A stretch of 62,787 bases of DNA, counting the filler. It is 4 parts of 4 records of this genome, joined end to end, with 100 filler letters (N's around TTAATTAATTAA, not from the genome) between each part and the next. Parts side by side here need not be neighbours in the genome. Positions count along the whole stretch, not along the records: positions 1 to 25,654 come from SRR22947725_1371; positions 25,755 to 33,874 come from SRR22947725_1380; 2 more parts are not named here. One strand, 5' to 3'. The notes beneath the pieces are model-generated. The model ran no database searches. It had not been told where the DNA came from and saw only the letters and a program-made list of their open reading frames with translations. Positions 20,627 to 31,379 of the stretch are shown here, one piece after another. The translations under genes and the position numbers were made by a program. How positions within the stretch are numbered: the stretch's first letter is position 1; each line of letters opens with the position of its first letter.

Positions 20627-21907
20627 TTATAATTTGAAATCTATTTTAACTTTTCCTTTGAATAAATTTTTTAAGTCAAAAATGACATTATTATTATTTG
20701 CTTCTATTTTATAGATTGAGAAACTTTCGTGGGGCACTGCAATTATGATTCCATTATATTTAGAAATGTCTGAATTATCTAATTTATTTAAAATAGAGAT
20801 ATTCTTATTTGAACTTAAATTTTCCGTTTTAACATATGGATCATATGCATGAATGTTTTTGAAATTAAGCTCTTCCAAAGAATTAATTATGTCGAATACT
20901 TTAGAATTTCTAGTATCAGGACAATTTTCTTTAAAGGTCAGTCCCATGATTAAAATATTCGATTCTGAAGTTTCAATTTTTTTTCTTAAAAGGGTTTTAA
21001 CAAATTCATTAACAACGTGATTTGAAATACTATCATTAATTTTCCTGCCTGCTAAAATAATTTGAGGATGATATCCTAATTCTTGAGACTTGTGTGCTAA
21101 ATAGTACGGATCAACACCTATACAGTGACCACCAACTAAACCAGGTGAAAAATTTAAAAAATTCCATTTTGTTCCAGCAGCTTTAAGAACTTCAATTGTA
21201 TCTATTCCCATTTTACTGAAAATTATTGACAATTCATTCATAAATGCGATATTTATATCTCTTTGTGAATTTTCAATAACTTTGGCAGCTTCTGCTACTT
21301 TAATTGAAGGAGCACAATATGTTCCTGCAGTAATTATCTTAGAGTATAAACTATCAATATAATTAGAAGCATATAAATTTGAGCCTGAAACTACCTTGAC
21401 AATATTTGTTAATGTTTTTTTCTTATCACCAGGATTAATTCTTTCAGGACTATAGCCAATAAAAAAATCTTTATTTAATTTTAAATTTGAATTTTTTTCT
21501 AAAATTGGAACACAAACTTCTTCAGTTAATCCAGGATAGACAGTACTCTCATATATAACAAAGTTATTTTTTTTCAAAATTGAACCAACAAGTTTACTGG
21601 CAGAAATAATTGGATTTAAATCTGGTTTTTTATATTCATCAACTGGTGTTGGAACTGTTACAATAAAAACATCAATATTAATTAACTCATTAGGATCAGA
21701 TGTGATTTCTAAATTATTATTTAGTTGGTTTAATAAAACATTTGATTCTACTTCATTAGTAACATCATTTCCCTTAATCAAATTATTTATTCTTTCATTG
21801 TTATAATCATATCCAACCGTTTTGTGAAATTTTGAGAATTCAATTGCAAGAGGAAGTCCAACATATCCTAATCCAATGATACAAATTGTTTTTTTACTTT
21901 CAACCAT
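20627..21907 (-). CDS. UDP-N-acetylhexosamine 6-dehydrogenase (TviB/WbpO-like)
   Basis: GLGYVGLPLA; YESTVYPG; SPERINPGD; AEAAKVIENSQRD; PGLVGGHCIGVDPYYL; FKENCPD. Confidence 0.92.
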   Translation of the reverse strand: MVESKKTICIIGLGYVGLPLAIEFSKFHKTVGYDYNNERINNLIKGNDVTNEVESNVLLNQLNNNLEITSDPNELINIDVFIVTVPTPVDEYKKPDLNPIISASKLVGSILKKNNFVIYESTVYPGLTEEVCVPILEKNSNLKLNKDFFIGYSPERINPGDKKKTLTNIVKVVSGSNLYASNYIDSLYSKIITAGTYCAPSIKVAEAAKVIENSQRDINIAFMNELSIIFSKMGIDTIEVLKAAGTKWNFLNFSPGLVGGHCIGVDPYYLAHKSQELGYHPQIILAGRKINDSISNHVVNEFVKTLLRKKIETSESNILIMGLTFKENCPDTRNSKVFDIINSLEELNFKNIHAYDPYVKTENLSSNKNISILNKLDNSDISKYNGIIIAVPHESFSIYKIEANNNNVIFDLKNLFKGKVKIDFKL

Positions 21908-22793
21908 TTAAATAATTTTTTATTGAGTCGTTAATAGAGATTTTAAAATTATTATTTCCAATTAAAGAGCATAATAAAGTATCATCACCTTGTAAATTAT
22001 TAATTTCATTTTTACGTTTGAAGTTATTGTTAGAGATTACGTTTACTTCATTTTCTGTAAATTCAGAAGCAATTTTTAAAACATCAGAAATAGATACTTT
22101 TCTGTTTGAGCAAACATTGACTTTAATGGAGGAACCTTTAATATTCATTAAACGATAATAACAGTCAACAACATCTAACACATCGTTAAATTCCCTAAAT
22201 ACATTTAAATTACCTAAAATAAGGTCCTGAGGTTTCCTTTTGTCAAAAAATTTAAAATGATTTAAAATTTTTGGCATAATAAAGAATTTGTTTTGCCCTA
22301 ACCCAAAATAATTAAAAGGTCGTGTTATTATAATATTAAACTCACCAAAAAAATTAGTAATCATATTTTCAGCAACAAGCTTACTATTTCCGTAGTGGTT
22401 AATTGGATTCTTAATATGATCTTCAGAAATCTCATTATCATAAATTCCATAAACTGAAGCTGAACTAGAAAAAATAATTTTTGTAGGATTTATTTTTTTT
22501 TTCTTTAATGATTCGAGAATGTTAAGTGGTCCAAAAATATTTATATTGTAAACTTCTGATGGGTTTTCATTGACTGACCTTGAAATTCCAGCAAGTATAA
22601 ATATAAAATCAGGATTGATTTGGTCAAAAATTAAGTCTACATTGTATTGATTTGTAATATCGCAAATAAAAACCTTTTCTGATTTAGATCCACTGAAAAT
22701 TGACCCATAAACATCGTATCCCTTTTCGATTAAATATTTTTTTAAATAAACACCAGTAAAGCTATCTAGCCCAAAAATTAAAACCTTTTTCAT
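21900..22793 (-). CDS. GDP-4-keto-6-deoxymannose reductase (Rmd-like; GDP-D-rhamnose or 6-deoxytalose)
   Basis: GLDSFTG; YGNSK; RPFNYFGLGQ; LGNLNVFREF; directly downstream of gmd. Confidence 0.75.
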   Translation of the reverse strand: MKKVLIFGLDSFTGVYLKKYLIEKGYDVYGSIFSGSKSEKVFICDITNQYNVDLIFDQINPDFIFILAGISRSVNENPSEVYNINIFGPLNILESLKKKKINPTKIIFSSSASVYGIYDNEISEDHIKNPINHYGNSKLVAENMITNFFGEFNIIITRPFNYFGLGQNKFFIMPKILNHFKFFDKRKPQDLILGNLNVFREFNDVLDVVDCYYRLMNIKGSSIKVNVCSNRKVSISDVLKIASEFTENEVNVISNNNFKRKNEINNLQGDDTLLCSLIGNNNFKISINDSIKNYLNG

Positions 22794-22795
22794 TT

Positions 22796-23815
22796 TTAAG
22801 GATTTAAATTTAAATCGTATGTCATCATTGAATTAACTAATTTTTTTAAATCGTATTCGCAATTCCAGCCAAGTTTAGATTTAGCTTTTGAAGGATCTCC
22901 AATAAGTAAATCAACTTCATTTGGACGATAATATTTTTTATCTACATCAACAAGAACTTTATTAGTTTTTGAATCTATTCCACATTCATCCAATCCTTTT
23001 CCTTTCCAAATTAAATCTATCCCTATTTCATTGAAGGATAGTTCAACAAAATGCTTTATTGTGTGTGTTTCTCCGCTGGCTAAAACATAATCATCAGGAT
23101 TTTCTTGTTGAAGCATAAGAAACATTCCATTAACATAATCTTTTGCATGGCCCCAATCTCTTTTAGCATATAAATTTCCTAAAGATATTTTATCAATTGT
23201 ATTATTTTTAATTTTAGCAACACCATCAGTTATTTTTCTTGTTACAAATTCAATTCCCCTTAAAGGAGATTCATGATTAAATAATATTCCAGAAACTGCA
23301 AACATATCATATGATTCTCTGTAATTTACAGTCATCCAGTGACCAAAAACTTTAGCTACGCCGTACGGACTTCTGGGATAAAATTTAGTGTTTTCGGATT
23401 GAGGAATTTCATTTACTTTACCGTACATTTCTGACGATGAAGCTTGATAAAATTTTATTTTTTTATTAAATATTCTAACAGCTTCAAGAACATTTACTAC
23501 TCCCAATCCAGTAATTTGAGAGGTGGCAATAGGACTATTAAAAGAGTATCCAACAAAACTTTGTGCAGCTAAATTAAAAACCATCTCTGGGTCTGATATT
23601 TCTAAACATCTTAACACAGATGAAATATCAGTTAAATCTAATTCAATTAAAACAAGATTTGGATTTTCATAAACACCCAAATATTTTAATCTCCAAAAAT
23701 TAGTATCACTAGTTCTCCTATATGCTCCATAAACTTTATATCCTTTAGAAATCATTAGTTTCGAAAGATATGCTCCATCTTGACCAGAAACTCCGGTAAT
23801 TAAAATTTTCTTCAT
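22796..23815 (-). CDS. gmd: GDP-mannose 4,6-dehydratase
   Basis: GVSGQDGAYL; NLAAQSFV; FYPRSPYGVAK; GILFNHESPLRG; RDWGHAKDYV. Confidence 0.96.
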   Translation of the reverse strand: MKKILITGVSGQDGAYLSKLMISKGYKVYGAYRRTSDTNFWRLKYLGVYENPNLVLIELDLTDISSVLRCLEISDPEMVFNLAAQSFVGYSFNSPIATSQITGLGVVNVLEAVRIFNKKIKFYQASSSEMYGKVNEIPQSENTKFYPRSPYGVAKVFGHWMTVNYRESYDMFAVSGILFNHESPLRGIEFVTRKITDGVAKIKNNTIDKISLGNLYAKRDWGHAKDYVNGMFLMLQQENPDDYVLASGETHTIKHFVELSFNEIGIDLIWKGKGLDECGIDSKTNKVLVDVDKKYYRPNEVDLLIGDPSKAKSKLGWNCEYDLKKLVNSMMTYDLNLNP

Positions 23816-23869
23816 AATTTTTTTTTTAAATCTTACTCTAATTGTTTATCAAGCATTTTTTCTATTAAT

Positions 23870-25264
23870 CTATTTTCTTCCAATTGATTTATAAATAAAT
23901 CCAATTTTTTCAAGTTTTGTTTTATCAAGAATGTTTCGACCATCAAAAATAAATGCAGGCTTATTCATTGATTTATAAATCTTTTCCCAATCATACTCTC
24001 TAAACTCATCCCATTCAGTAAGTATAGCTATCGCATGAGAGTTTTTTGAGGCATTATAAGGAGATTCTTCTACATTCAAATTCCTCGTATTTAAGGATTT
24101 TTCTCTTGAATTTAAGTTATTTAAATCGAGATGTATTTGTTTGGCACTGACTTTAGGGTCATATACATAAATAGATGCTTCTTCGTCAAGTAACATGTCG
24201 GCTACATATATTGCTGCAGACTCTCTAGTATCATTCGTGTCTTTTTTAAATGACCACCCTAAAATCGTAATCTTTTTGCCAGCTATAGTGTTGTAAAGAC
24301 TTGACACTATGTTTTTAGCGAATCTAGTTCGTTGATGATTATTCATTATTATTACTTGCTCCCAGTAATCTGCAACCTCATTTATCCCTAAAGATTTACA
24401 TATATATACTAGATTAAGGATATCTTTTTGAAAACAAGAACCTCCAAAACCTACAGATGTTTTTAAAAATTTTGATCCTATTCTAGAGTCCATACCAATA
24501 GCTGTAGCTACTTCATCTACATCAGCACCAGTTTTTTCGCATAACTCTGAGAGTGAATTAATGGAGGATATTCTCTGCGCTAAAAATGCATTAGCAGTTA
24601 ACTTTGATAACTCAGAAGACCATAAATTAGTGGTTAGTATTTTTGATGAGTCTACCCAGGAGGAATAAATTTGAACTAATTTGTTTACAGCAAGTTCCCC
24701 TTCTTTTGTTTGCTCTCCACCAATTAGCACTCTATCTGGAAATTCAAGATCTTTAATTGCTGTTCCCTCTGCTAAAAATTCAGGATTAGATAGTATATCA
24801 AAACGAACACCAGAACCAGTGTTATCAAGAATGTTTTTTATAGCAGCTGCAGTTTTAACAGGTAAGGTTGACTTCTCCACAATAATTTTATCTGATTCGG
24901 AAACTTTTGCTATCTGCCTTGCACATAATTCTACATACTTTAAATCAGCTGCCATTCCCTTACCAGCACCATAAGTTTTCGTAGGGGTATTAACAGAAAT
25001 AAATATCATTTCAGATTCAAAAATAGCTTTGTCAACATCAGTTGAGAAAAATAAATTCCTTCCTCTAGTTTCACTCACCACTTTACCAAGTCCTGGTTCA
25101 TAAATTGGGAGGTTAGATAAATCTACTGAATTCCATGCGCCTATTCGATCTTCATTAATATCGACAACGGTAACTTTAATATTAGGATTTTTTTGTGCAA
25201 TCACTGACATGGTAGGACCACCTACATAGCCAGCTCCAATACAACAAATAGATTTAATTTTCAT
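23870..25264 (-). CDS. ugd: UDP-glucose 6-dehydrogenase
   Basis: [55 protein letters not shown]. Confidence 0.95.
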   Translation of the reverse strand: MKIKSICCIGAGYVGGPTMSVIAQKNPNIKVTVVDINEDRIGAWNSVDLSNLPIYEPGLGKVVSETRGRNLFFSTDVDKAIFESEMIFISVNTPTKTYGAGKGMAADLKYVELCARQIAKVSESDKIIVEKSTLPVKTAAAIKNILDNTGSGVRFDILSNPEFLAEGTAIKDLEFPDRVLIGGEQTKEGELAVNKLVQIYSSWVDSSKILTTNLWSSELSKLTANAFLAQRISSINSLSELCEKTGADVDEVATAIGMDSRIGSKFLKTSVGFGGSCFQKDILNLVYICKSLGINEVADYWEQVIIMNNHQRTRFAKNIVSSLYNTIAGKKITILGWSFKKDTNDTRESAAIYVADMLLDEEASIYVYDPKVSAKQIHLDLNNLNSREKSLNTRNLNVEESPYNASKNSHAIAILTEWDEFREYDWEKIYKSMNKPAFIFDGRNILDKTKLEKIGFIYKSIGRK

Positions 25265-25654
25265 TTTATAGAATCTGCAATTAATTTTTTAAATTTAGTA
25301 GTACTCCAGCCGTGATTTCTGTTTAAAAATATAATTTTTGGAGCTAATCCATAACCTGTATAGTTAGTTCTATTAATGTAGTCCTCGCCCAAAAATCTTA
25401 TTTCAGGATTAATATCAATTATTAATTTTACGAGCTGCTTCTCAGATTTATAGGTTGAAACCTTTGTAATTCCTTTTAATGCAAGTAGAGTCATTGTTCT
25501 ATCTTCTACGCTAAATAAAGGTTTGATTTTTTCTGGCCTTTCTAAAGACGGATCTATATGAAGTAGTACATGAATCTCTTGTACATGCTTATTCATATCG
25601 TTAAACATCTGTACATATCCAGGATGGATTACATCAAAATTACCTGCTATTATT
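25261..25654 (-). CDS. TagD-like cytidylyltransferase (5' truncated by contig end)
   Basis: Frame extends to the spacer as [42 protein letters not shown]. Confidence 0.8.
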
Positions 25655-25754
25655 NNNNNNNNNNNNNNNNNNNNNNNNNNNNNNNNNNNNNNNNNNNNTT
25701 AATTAATTAANNNNNNNNNNNNNNNNNNNNNNNNNNNNNNNNNNNNNNNNNNNN
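25655..25754. other. Artificial contig spacer (Ns plus TTAATTAATTAA)
   Basis: 100 nt with a six-frame stop linker; identical at three places. Confidence 0.98.
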
Positions 25755-25843
25755 ATTGGCATTCCTGGATGACCTGAATTAGCTTTTTGAACAGCATCTA
25801 TTGAAAGAAATCTTAAGGCGTTTGTTGGCTCAGAATTGTGCAA
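25755..25843 (-). CDS. tkt: Transketolase, 5' fragment
   Basis: TTG start; reads [29 protein letters not shown]; divergent from metK as in many Gammaproteobacteria; not in the ORF track. Confidence 0.9.
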
Positions 25844-26022
25844 TTTTTTATTTATTAGAGAGTTTTACAAATAATAATATTTATAAATGTTAATTAATAG
25901 CTAATTTGTCGATTTTTAATATAATAAGCAAAGAAATGTGATTTTTTATCTTTTTTGCACCATAAATTAGCTGCTAAAAATTCGATTTTTCACGATCTTT
26001 TTCATAAATATTTGGAGAGAAA

Positions 26023-27177
26023 ATGAGTTATATATTTACATCAGAGTCGGTATCTGGAGGTCACCCAGATAAAGTTTGTGATCAAATCTCAGATGCAGTC
26101 CTAGATGCATATCTTGCAGAAGATCCTAATAGCAGAGTTGCTTGTGAAACTATGATTAAAAATAATATGGTTTATATTGCTGGAGAAATTACTTCACTAG
26201 GGAGTCCAGATCTTGAGCCAATTGTTAGAAAAACTATAAACGACATTGGTTATAACAATGATGAATATGGTTTTAATGGTAATACTTGTGAGTTTACTAA
26301 CCTTGTATTTGAACAATCTCCGGATATTTCACAAGGCGTCACTGAGGGTGAAGGTGAAAACTTAGAACAGGGAGCTGGAGATCAGGGTTTAATGTTTGGC
26401 TATGCATGTAGAGAAACTGAATCTTTGATGCCTCTTCCAATTGACTTATCCCATAAGCTTGTAAAAAAACAAGCCGATGTTATGAAAAGTGGCGAAATTT
26501 CATGGCTCAGACCTGATGCAAAAAGTCAGGTTAGTGTAATTTACTCAGATGATGGGAAAACCATTGAAGGTTTATCTGCAGTTGTATTGTCGACTCAGCA
26601 TGATGAAGAAGTTTCCCAGGAAGAAATTAAATCTGAAGTAATGGATAAAATTATCAAGCCGATTGTTCCAGAGGAATGGATTCTTGATTCCACAAATATA
26701 TATATAAATCCAACAGGAAAATTTGTTATAGGAGGTCCTGTGGGTGACTGTGGACTAACTGGAAGGAAAATTATTGTGGATACATATGGTGGGATGGCTC
26801 GCCATGGCGGGGGCGCTTTCTCAGGAAAAGACCCATCGAAGGTTGATAGGTCTGCAGCTTATGCATCAAGATATGTAGCAAAGAATATTGTTGCTGCTGG
26901 TCTTGCAGATTATTGTGAAATACAAGTTTCATATGCTATTGGTGTTGCAAAACCAACTTCAATTCACGTCGAAACTTTTAACAGCGAAAAAATTTCAAAA
27001 GAAGCAATCGTTAAAATAGTAGAAGAGGAGTTTGATCTAAGGCCTAAAAGCTTGATCAACATGCTCGATCTAAAAAGGCCTATATATCAGCCAACAGCGG
27101 CTTATGGACACTTTGGCAGAAGCGACATAGATCTATCTTGGGAAAAAACTGATAAAGCAGCGGATATTGCTAAGTAA
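26023..27177 (+). CDS. metK: S-adenosylmethionine synthetase
   Basis: [40 protein letters not shown]. Confidence 0.98.
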   Translation: MSYIFTSESVSGGHPDKVCDQISDAVLDAYLAEDPNSRVACETMIKNNMVYIAGEITSLGSPDLEPIVRKTINDIGYNNDEYGFNGNTCEFTNLVFEQSPDISQGVTEGEGENLEQGAGDQGLMFGYACRETESLMPLPIDLSHKLVKKQADVMKSGEISWLRPDAKSQVSVIYSDDGKTIEGLSAVVLSTQHDEEVSQEEIKSEVMDKIIKPIVPEEWILDSTNIYINPTGKFVIGGPVGDCGLTGRKIIVDTYGGMARHGGGAFSGKDPSKVDRSAAYASRYVAKNIVAAGLADYCEIQVSYAIGVAKPTSIHVETFNSEKISKEAIVKIVEEEFDLRPKSLINMLDLKRPIYQPTAAYGHFGRSDIDLSWEKTDKAADIAK

Positions 27178-27202
27178 ATAAACATAAATAAGGAAAAATA
27201 AA

Positions 27203-28597
27203 ATGGAAAATGACTACAAAGTTGCCGATATTAATTTGGCTGAATTTGGCAGGAGAGAAATATCTCTGGCTGAAAATGAAATGCCTGCATTAATGGCTTT
27301 AAGAGATAAGTATAGAGATGAACAACCTTTAGCTGGTGCAAAAATTATGGGTTGTATTCATATGACAATTCAAACGGCTGTATTGATGGAGACATTAATA
27401 GATCTTGGAGCTGAGTTGAGATGGTCATCATGTAATATTTTTTCAACTCAAGATCATGCTGCTGCAGCAATGGCAGCAAAAGGAATACCTACTTTTGCAT
27501 GGAAGGGCGAGACTGAAGAAGAGTTTGTGTGGTGTATCGAGCAAACAATTTGTAAGGACGGCAAACCCTGGGATGCTAATATGATTCTTGATGATGGTAG
27601 TGATTTAACAGCTATGGTACATGAAAAATTTCCTGAGATGCTTGAAACCATTCATGGTGTTTCCGAGGAAACTACAACTGGTGTGCATAGACTTAAAGAG
27701 ATGCTTGAAAAAGGTGAACTTAAAATTCCAGCTATTAATGTAAATGATTCAGTAACTAAAGCAAAAAATGATAACAAATATGGATGCCGACACAGTCTAA
27801 ATGATGCTCTAAAGAGAGGTACGGACATGCTGTTATCAGGAAAGAAAGGTCTTGTTATAGGGTATGGTGATGTGGGTAAAGGATCAGCAGCCAGCCTTGC
27901 TCAGGAAGGAATGATTGTTAGTGTTGTAGAGTCAGATCCAATTTGTGCAATGCAGGCATGTATGGACGGTTTTTCTGTTGTTTCTTGTTATAAGGATGGA
28001 GTTGTTACAAGAAATCAATCAGATATCAATATGCAAGTCATGGGCGATACTGATCTGATCGTTACAACAACAGGAAATGTAAATGTATGTGATTCTGCAA
28101 TGTTAAGTACCCTTAAAAATACCGCCGTTGTCTGTAACATAGGTCACTTTGATAATGAAATTGATACAGCTTTTATGAGAGAAGAATATTTCTGGGATGA
28201 AATCAAACCACAAGTTCATAGGATCTTTAGAGACACAAAACCTGACGGCACACCAAACCTTTCAAGTAAAAATTATCTTATTCTGCTTGCAGAAGGACGC
28301 TTAGTTAACCTTGGGAACGCTACCGGTCATCCAAGTAGAATTATGGATGGTTCATTTGCGAACCAAGTTCTAGCTCAAATTCATTTATATAAGCAAGGTT
28401 TTGCAAATATTAATGATGAAGATACAAAAGCAGAGATGATAACTGTTGAAGTTCTACCTAAGAAGCTTGATGAAGAAGTTGCAGCATTAATGGTTGCTGG
28501 CTTTGGAGGTGTTGTAACACAATTAACCCAGGACCAAGCTGATTACATTAACGTTCCACAAGAAGGACCGTTTAAAGAAGAAAGCTACAAATATTAG
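27203..28597 (+). CDS. ahcY: Adenosylhomocysteinase
   Basis: [56 protein letters not shown]. Confidence 0.97.
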   Translation: MENDYKVADINLAEFGRREISLAENEMPALMALRDKYRDEQPLAGAKIMGCIHMTIQTAVLMETLIDLGAELRWSSCNIFSTQDHAAAAMAAKGIPTFAWKGETEEEFVWCIEQTICKDGKPWDANMILDDGSDLTAMVHEKFPEMLETIHGVSEETTTGVHRLKEMLEKGELKIPAINVNDSVTKAKNDNKYGCRHSLNDALKRGTDMLLSGKKGLVIGYGDVGKGSAASLAQEGMIVSVVESDPICAMQACMDGFSVVSCYKDGVVTRNQSDINMQVMGDTDLIVTTTGNVNVCDSAMLSTLKNTAVVCNIGHFDNEIDTAFMREEYFWDEIKPQVHRIFRDTKPDGTPNLSSKNYLILLAEGRLVNLGNATGHPSRIMDGSFANQVLAQIHLYKQGFANINDEDTKAEMITVEVLPKKLDEEVAALMVAGFGGVVTQLTQDQADYINVPQEGPFKEESYKY

Positions 28598-28606
28598 CCT
28601 CAATCT

Positions 28607-28641
28607 GTGCAATTATGGGCATAATTGCCCATAATACGCAC
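28607..28641. promoter_or_regulatory. Inverted-repeat hairpin between ahcY and the lptM-lysA operon
   Basis: ATTATGGGCA-taat-TGCCCATAAT (28612-28635) with outer GTGC/GCAC; no U-tract. Confidence 0.5.
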
Positions 28642-28642
28642 T

Positions 28643-28750
28643 ATGAATTTAATTAAAATTTTTCTTGGCATATTCTTTCTTGCATCTCTTCTTGGATGCG
28701 GAGTAAAAGGTCCTTTGATAAATTTTAATAATACTACCTACGTACAATGA
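28643..28750 (+). CDS. lptM: Small lipoprotein, LptM/YifL/LppL family
   Basis: MNLIKIFLGIFFLASLLG-CGVKGPLINFNNTTYVQ: lipobox plus CGxKGPL motif; ATGA overlap with lysA; usual position upstream of lysA-dapF; not in the ORF track. Confidence 0.85.
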   Translation: MNLIKIFLGIFFLASLLGCGVKGPLINFNNTTYVQ

Positions 28751-29982
28751 GTTCTTTTAAATATAATTCTAGCGAGCTATTTTGTGAAAATGTAAATCTT
28801 AAGGAAATAGCAAAAGATTTTGGAACTCCTTCATACGTTTATTCAAAAAAAGCTATAGAAGAAAATGCAAAAGCATATGTGAATTCTTTTAATAATCCTA
28901 AAAATTTAGCTTGCTTTGCTGTTAAATCTCTAAGCAATATATCTATTCTCAAAATAATTAAAGATTTAGGTTGTGGCTTTGATATTGTTTCGGGCGGAGA
29001 GCTTCATAGAGTATTATCTATTGGAGCTGACCCTAAAAAAATTATTTTTTCTGGAGTTGGTAAGACAGAGAAAGAAATAGAACAAGGCATTCAAACTAAT
29101 ATTTTATCTTTTAATGTTGAGTCAGCCTCTGAGCTTTACAATATTGAAAGAAAAGCTAGAGACTTAAATTCATCTGCTCCAATTTCTATAAGAATCAACC
29201 CAGATATTGATTCTGGGGGGCATGACTATATTACTACAGGGAGAAAAGGGGATAAGTTTGGAATTTCTTCAATTCAAGACATTTTTGAGTTATGCAGGTA
29301 TTCATCTACCTCTCAAAATTTAAATTTAGTGGGTCTTGCATGTCATATTGGGTCACAAATTCTAGACCTCGATGGATATATAAAATCTGCAGATAAAATT
29401 TTTGAGCTATCTGATCAGCTTTCAAAGGAAGGTATTGAATTAGATTTTCTTGATCTAGGCGGCGGTCTTGGCGTTACCTATGAGGATGAGGTTCCACCCG
29501 CACCCAAGGAGCTTATTTCATCTTTAGAAAAAAAATTTAGTGGAAGAAAAGAAAGATTAATCTTAGAGCCAGGCAGGAGTATTTCAGCAAATACTGGAGT
29601 TCTTTTAACAAAAGTTGAATACATCAAGGATAACTTTTTAATTGTTGATGCTGCGATGAATGACCTTTTGAGGCCGGCTCTATACAAAGCCACTCATGGT
29701 GTCTGTAATCTTGATGAGAAGAAAGAAAGCACTAAAAATTGGAATATTGTAGGTCCTGTATGCGAATCTTCAGATTTTTTAGCAAAAAACGTTTCTATTG
29801 AGGCTGTTGAGGGAGATTATATTGCTATTAAAAATGCTGGAGCTTACGGCTTTGTAATGGCATCAAACTATAATTCTAGGCCCAGGGCCTGCGAAGTATT
29901 AATAAATGATGATAAGTCGTCGCTTATTAGAAAGAGAGAAACTTTTGATGATTTGCTTGAGCTAGAAAGAATCAATGACTAG
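28747..29982 (+). CDS. lysA: Diaminopimelate decarboxylase
   Basis: FAVKS; DIVSGGEL; HIGSQ; DLGGGLG; EPGRSI; GPVCESSD; GAYG..MASNYNSRPR. Confidence 0.96.
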   Translation: MSSFKYNSSELFCENVNLKEIAKDFGTPSYVYSKKAIEENAKAYVNSFNNPKNLACFAVKSLSNISILKIIKDLGCGFDIVSGGELHRVLSIGADPKKIIFSGVGKTEKEIEQGIQTNILSFNVESASELYNIERKARDLNSSAPISIRINPDIDSGGHDYITTGRKGDKFGISSIQDIFELCRYSSTSQNLNLVGLACHIGSQILDLDGYIKSADKIFELSDQLSKEGIELDFLDLGGGLGVTYEDEVPPAPKELISSLEKKFSGRKERLILEPGRSISANTGVLLTKVEYIKDNFLIVDAAMNDLLRPALYKATHGVCNLDEKKESTKNWNIVGPVCESSDFLAKNVSIEAVEGDYIAIKNAGAYGFVMASNYNSRPRACEVLINDDKSSLIRKRETFDDLLELERIND

Positions 29983-30748
29983 TTTTGATAAAATGCATGG
30001 TAATGGGAATGACTTTGTTGTTGTAAATTCTATTGAAAAAGATTTAGTTCTAAGAAAATCTCTTATTAAAAAACTCTCAGACAGAAACTGTGGGATTGGC
30101 TTTGATCAATTAATTTTAATCAATGTCCCCACAAAAGATAATCATGATTTCTCTGTAAAATTCTTTAATGCAGATGGAAGTGAGGCAAGCATGTGCCTTA
30201 ATGGCATTAGGTCAGCCGCTTCATATATTTGGAGGCACGATTTTGCTCCTAAAAAATCTATTGTAATAAAGACTAAATCTAGATTAGTAATATGTGAGCC
30301 GATTAGAAATAACATAAGAGTTCATATTAAAATTTCTGATATTTATAAAAATGACAGTCTTTACAAAAAAATATCAAGTGCTATATCTCATAAGTTTGAT
30401 TTTGTTGATTCCGGAAATATGCATTTATGCATAAAACAAAGCTCAATTAAGAACGAAGACATAAATGCACTTTATAAAAATTTAGCCAGATATATAAAAC
30501 CCCTCAAATGCAATCTATCTATCTATAGAAATTCAAAAGAACAAATAGACATCAGGACTTATGAAAATGGAGTTGGCGAAACTCTTTCCTGCGGATCTGC
30601 TTCTTTAGCAGTAGCATCATTGTGTATTAAAGATAAATGTAGGGTTAAGTCTTCAGGAGGTGCCTTAGATTTTATAAAGAAAAATAATGATACTATGGAG
30701 ATGATTGGACCTGCTGAATTTGTATTTTCTGGGAGTTTTGATGACTAA
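29975..30748 (+). CDS. dapF: Diaminopimelate epimerase (shortened)
   Basis: KMHGNGNDF; GIGFDQ; NADGSEASMCLNG; YENGVGETLSCGS. Confidence 0.9.
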   Translation: MTSFDKMHGNGNDFVVVNSIEKDLVLRKSLIKKLSDRNCGIGFDQLILINVPTKDNHDFSVKFFNADGSEASMCLNGIRSAASYIWRHDFAPKKSIVIKTKSRLVICEPIRNNIRVHIKISDIYKNDSLYKKISSAISHKFDFVDSGNMHLCIKQSSIKNEDINALYKNLARYIKPLKCNLSIYRNSKEQIDIRTYENGVGETLSCGSASLAVASLCIKDKCRVKSSGGALDFIKKNNDTMEMIGPAEFVFSGSFDD

Positions 30749-31379
30749 TAAATTAGATCCAAAAGACGTTGAACTTTTTTTGCTAGATAACTTGGATTTC
30801 TTTGAATCAAGAGAATCTCTTGTAGGTGAAATGAAATTCAAACACTCAACTAGTTCCGCGTCCTCATTATTAGAAAGGCAAATAAACAAACTTAGAGATG
30901 AGCAAAGCAATCTAATGGATCTTTTATCATCATTTGTAAATACAGCTCAATTAAATGAAGACTTATTCAAAAAATCAAAAGAGCTTACCTTATCAATTCT
31001 TGGCGCTTCAAGTAGAAGTCAAATAAAAGATATAGTTCAAAAAAGTTTTACTGAAAACTTTGGAGTAAATAATTGCAAATTAGATTTTTATTCCAACTCA
31101 GATATTGGTGAGATTGAAGATAAAACTGGTATGTCTTTTCACAAAGGAGCTGTTCATTGTGGTTCATTCTCTAAAGAAAAGATGGAATTTTTATTTAAAG
31201 ATGAAAGTGTTGAATCGGTAGCTTTGGCTGTTTTAATTGATAGCAAAGAAATTGGGATACTAATGCTAGGTAGCTATGAAAGAACAAGGTACCTTGGCGA
31301 TGAAGATACAACTTTTATAGAATATATTAGAGACATCTTAGAGAAAAAATTAGAATCAATTGATAGCTTAAATGCCTAG
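30741..31379 (+). CDS. DUF484 (YigA-like) protein
   Basis: FL..N.DFF; SLLERQ..LR; lies between dapF and xerC; start at MTNKLD. Confidence 0.85.
   Translation: MTNKLDPKDVELFLLDNLDFFESRESLVGEMKFKHSTSSASSLLERQINKLRDEQSNLMDLLSSFVNTAQLNEDLFKKSKELTLSILGASSRSQIKDIVQKSFTENFGVNNCKLDFYSNSDIGEIEDKTGMSFHKGAVHCGSFSKEKMEFLFKDESVESVALAVLIDSKEIGILMLGSYERTRYLGDEDTTFIEYIRDILEKKLESIDSLNA

Noticed and set aside
25699-25710. TTAATTAATTAA palindrome occurring three times
   Set aside because: Embedded in Ns; an assembly linker with stops in all six frames
25844-26022. SAM or SAH riboswitch upstream of metK or ahcY
   Set aside because: No recognisable conserved motif by eye; the metK-ahcY gap is only 25 nt; an Rfam scan would settle it
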